Positions 62,870 through 64,000 of a DNA stretch of 64,000 nucleotides are shown here, piece after piece. A program made the position numbers and the translations under genes. The DNA lies in the NCBI GenBank assembly GCA_024137785.1, contig JAHRHZ010000107.1:1-64000 (forward strand). Reading direction: 5' to 3'. Each line of letters opens with the position of its first letter. The stretch's first letter is position 1. The stretch comes from Ginglymostoma cirratum. Its lineage: Eukaryota. The notes under the pieces were generated by a model. That model was not told the DNA's origin and made no database searches. It saw only the letters and a program-made list of their open reading frames with translations.

Positions 62870-63235
62870 TAATACATGGAAACATAGAAGTCGGAATAGC
62901 AGAAGAGCGTTTTGTTCTTCGGGCCTGCTCCACAGTTCAATATGATCATTACTGATAATTCAACTGTATAACCTGTACCCGTTTTGTCCCAGACTGCTTG
63001 ATCAATTTAGCCCGAAGAGCTATATCTGAATTCTTATCTCAAACATTCAACGTTTCAGCCTCAGCCACATTTTCTGGGAGCGAATATGGTCCGGACAGTA
63101 CTTATACACTTAATGGTAAGGCCCTGGGTCATGTTGGAGAACAGAGTGACCGAAGGGGTCAGGTCTATAATTCTTTGAAATTTCCATCACTGGTGGACAG
63201 GATGGTTAAGTAGGCGATTAGCATGCTTGCCTTCA
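62870..63235. mobile_element. CR1 fragments in the J-C intron (3' tail on -, RT-distal piece on +)
   Basis: acatggaaacatagaag.. tail, then YTLNGKALGHVGEQSDRRGQVYNSLK..VDRMVK. Confidence 0.7.
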
Positions 63236-63552
63236 AGTTCACAACCCCCGTCAGTACTTAAAAGCCTTATAATTTTAATGAGTCCTCATCCAATATTTAT
63301 CGCTGTAATGTTTCACTTATTCTCTGAATATTCCATTCTTTAATGGCAATTTCATTTTATTCTCCAAAAGAGAGAATGCTGTTTGTGTCATAAGTCTTGC
63401 ATGTCTAAGATATATCTCTTTCGTTGATTTAAAAAAGAAGAAAAACACCCATGAGATATAGAAGTCGCTGACTGGGTCAACATTTATTTTCACTTTAGCA
63501 AATTTGGGGCACAACACACTCTGCCACATAAAACATCGAACAAATTTGGTTG

Positions 63553-63642
63553 AGATGACAAGGTGTCGAGCTGGATGAACACAGCAGGTCAAGCAGCATC
63601 AGAGGAGCAGGAAGGCTGACGTTTCGTGCCTAGACACTTCAT
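63553..63642 (-). mobile_element. ~90-bp Penelope pLTR fragment with a hammerhead-like core, flanked by a 12-bp direct repeat
   Basis: CAAATTTGGTTG at 63541-63552 and 63643-63654. Minus strand reads TGATGA-AGTGTCTAGGCAC-GAAAC-GTC, then the Penelope terminus. Confidence 0.75.
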
Positions 63643-64000
63643 CAAATTTGGTTGCACAGTTCAGAATAACTCCGATGTTTTATTGCAGTTATTGGTAAAT
63701 TAGACCAAGTTTTTTTTTTCCAAACTGGCATATGATTTAATGAAATAAGTTGCAACCTCCTAGTCCTCCATGGGGATAATTTACTCTGTGTTTCCTTAGA
63801 TGTCTTTCATTTTACTGGGAAATGATACACTGCAACTGATTTTTAGTAGATTTATATTTTGTTATGGCCCTGACTGTGCAACATCCAATTATGAATGCAA
63901 CATTTAACTAACAGTTCAGGCAGGAGGGCTGCAGAACCATTACTCATAAGATAATATACTCATTCAAGGGACTTCTCTGGTGACCCTTCTCTGAACAGCC

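Larger units (their letters stand above)
61875..64000 (+). other. J-C intron (C1 exon not within window)
   Basis: Follows the J splice donor; no Ig C1-set exon recognised before the window end. Confidence 0.8.

Noticed and set aside
1-64000. CRISPR arrays, rRNA or prokaryotic systems
   Set aside because: Vertebrate repeat-rich DNA; no regularly spaced direct repeats or such genes seen.

Overview
Eukaryotic, gene-poor and repeat-rich DNA from a cartilaginous fish. The V sequence and the HE1-type SINEs point to an orectolobiform shark (bamboo or nurse shark group; this is an inference). The only real gene is at the 3' end: a germline, unrearranged IgNAR (heavy-chain-only antibody) cluster on the + strand. 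It has an octamer/TATA promoter (~59.9 kb), leader exon (60060-60102), V exon (60237-60504), three D segments (60769-60782, 61039-61051, 61439-61450) and one J (61830-61874). The RSS set is V-22, 12-D1-23, 12-D2-22, 12-D3-12, 23-J. Constant exons lie beyond the window. V and J carry no non-canonical Cys (type IV-like), and V has an unusual G79W at the D-x-G-x-Y-x-C motif. The upstream ~59 kb consists of decayed CR1 (HER1-like), L2-like and Rex1/Babar LINEs, tRNA SINEs, solo LTRs (including an inverted pair) and Penelope-like elements with hammerhead-like remnants. These sit on an old tandem segmental duplication (~14.8-32 kb vs ~34.6-42.9 kb) that retains a CTCF-like motif in both copies. There is a 400-N gap at 40952-41351. 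Repeat boundaries were placed by eye and are approximate. Nearly all ORF-track entries are transposon remnants or spurious.
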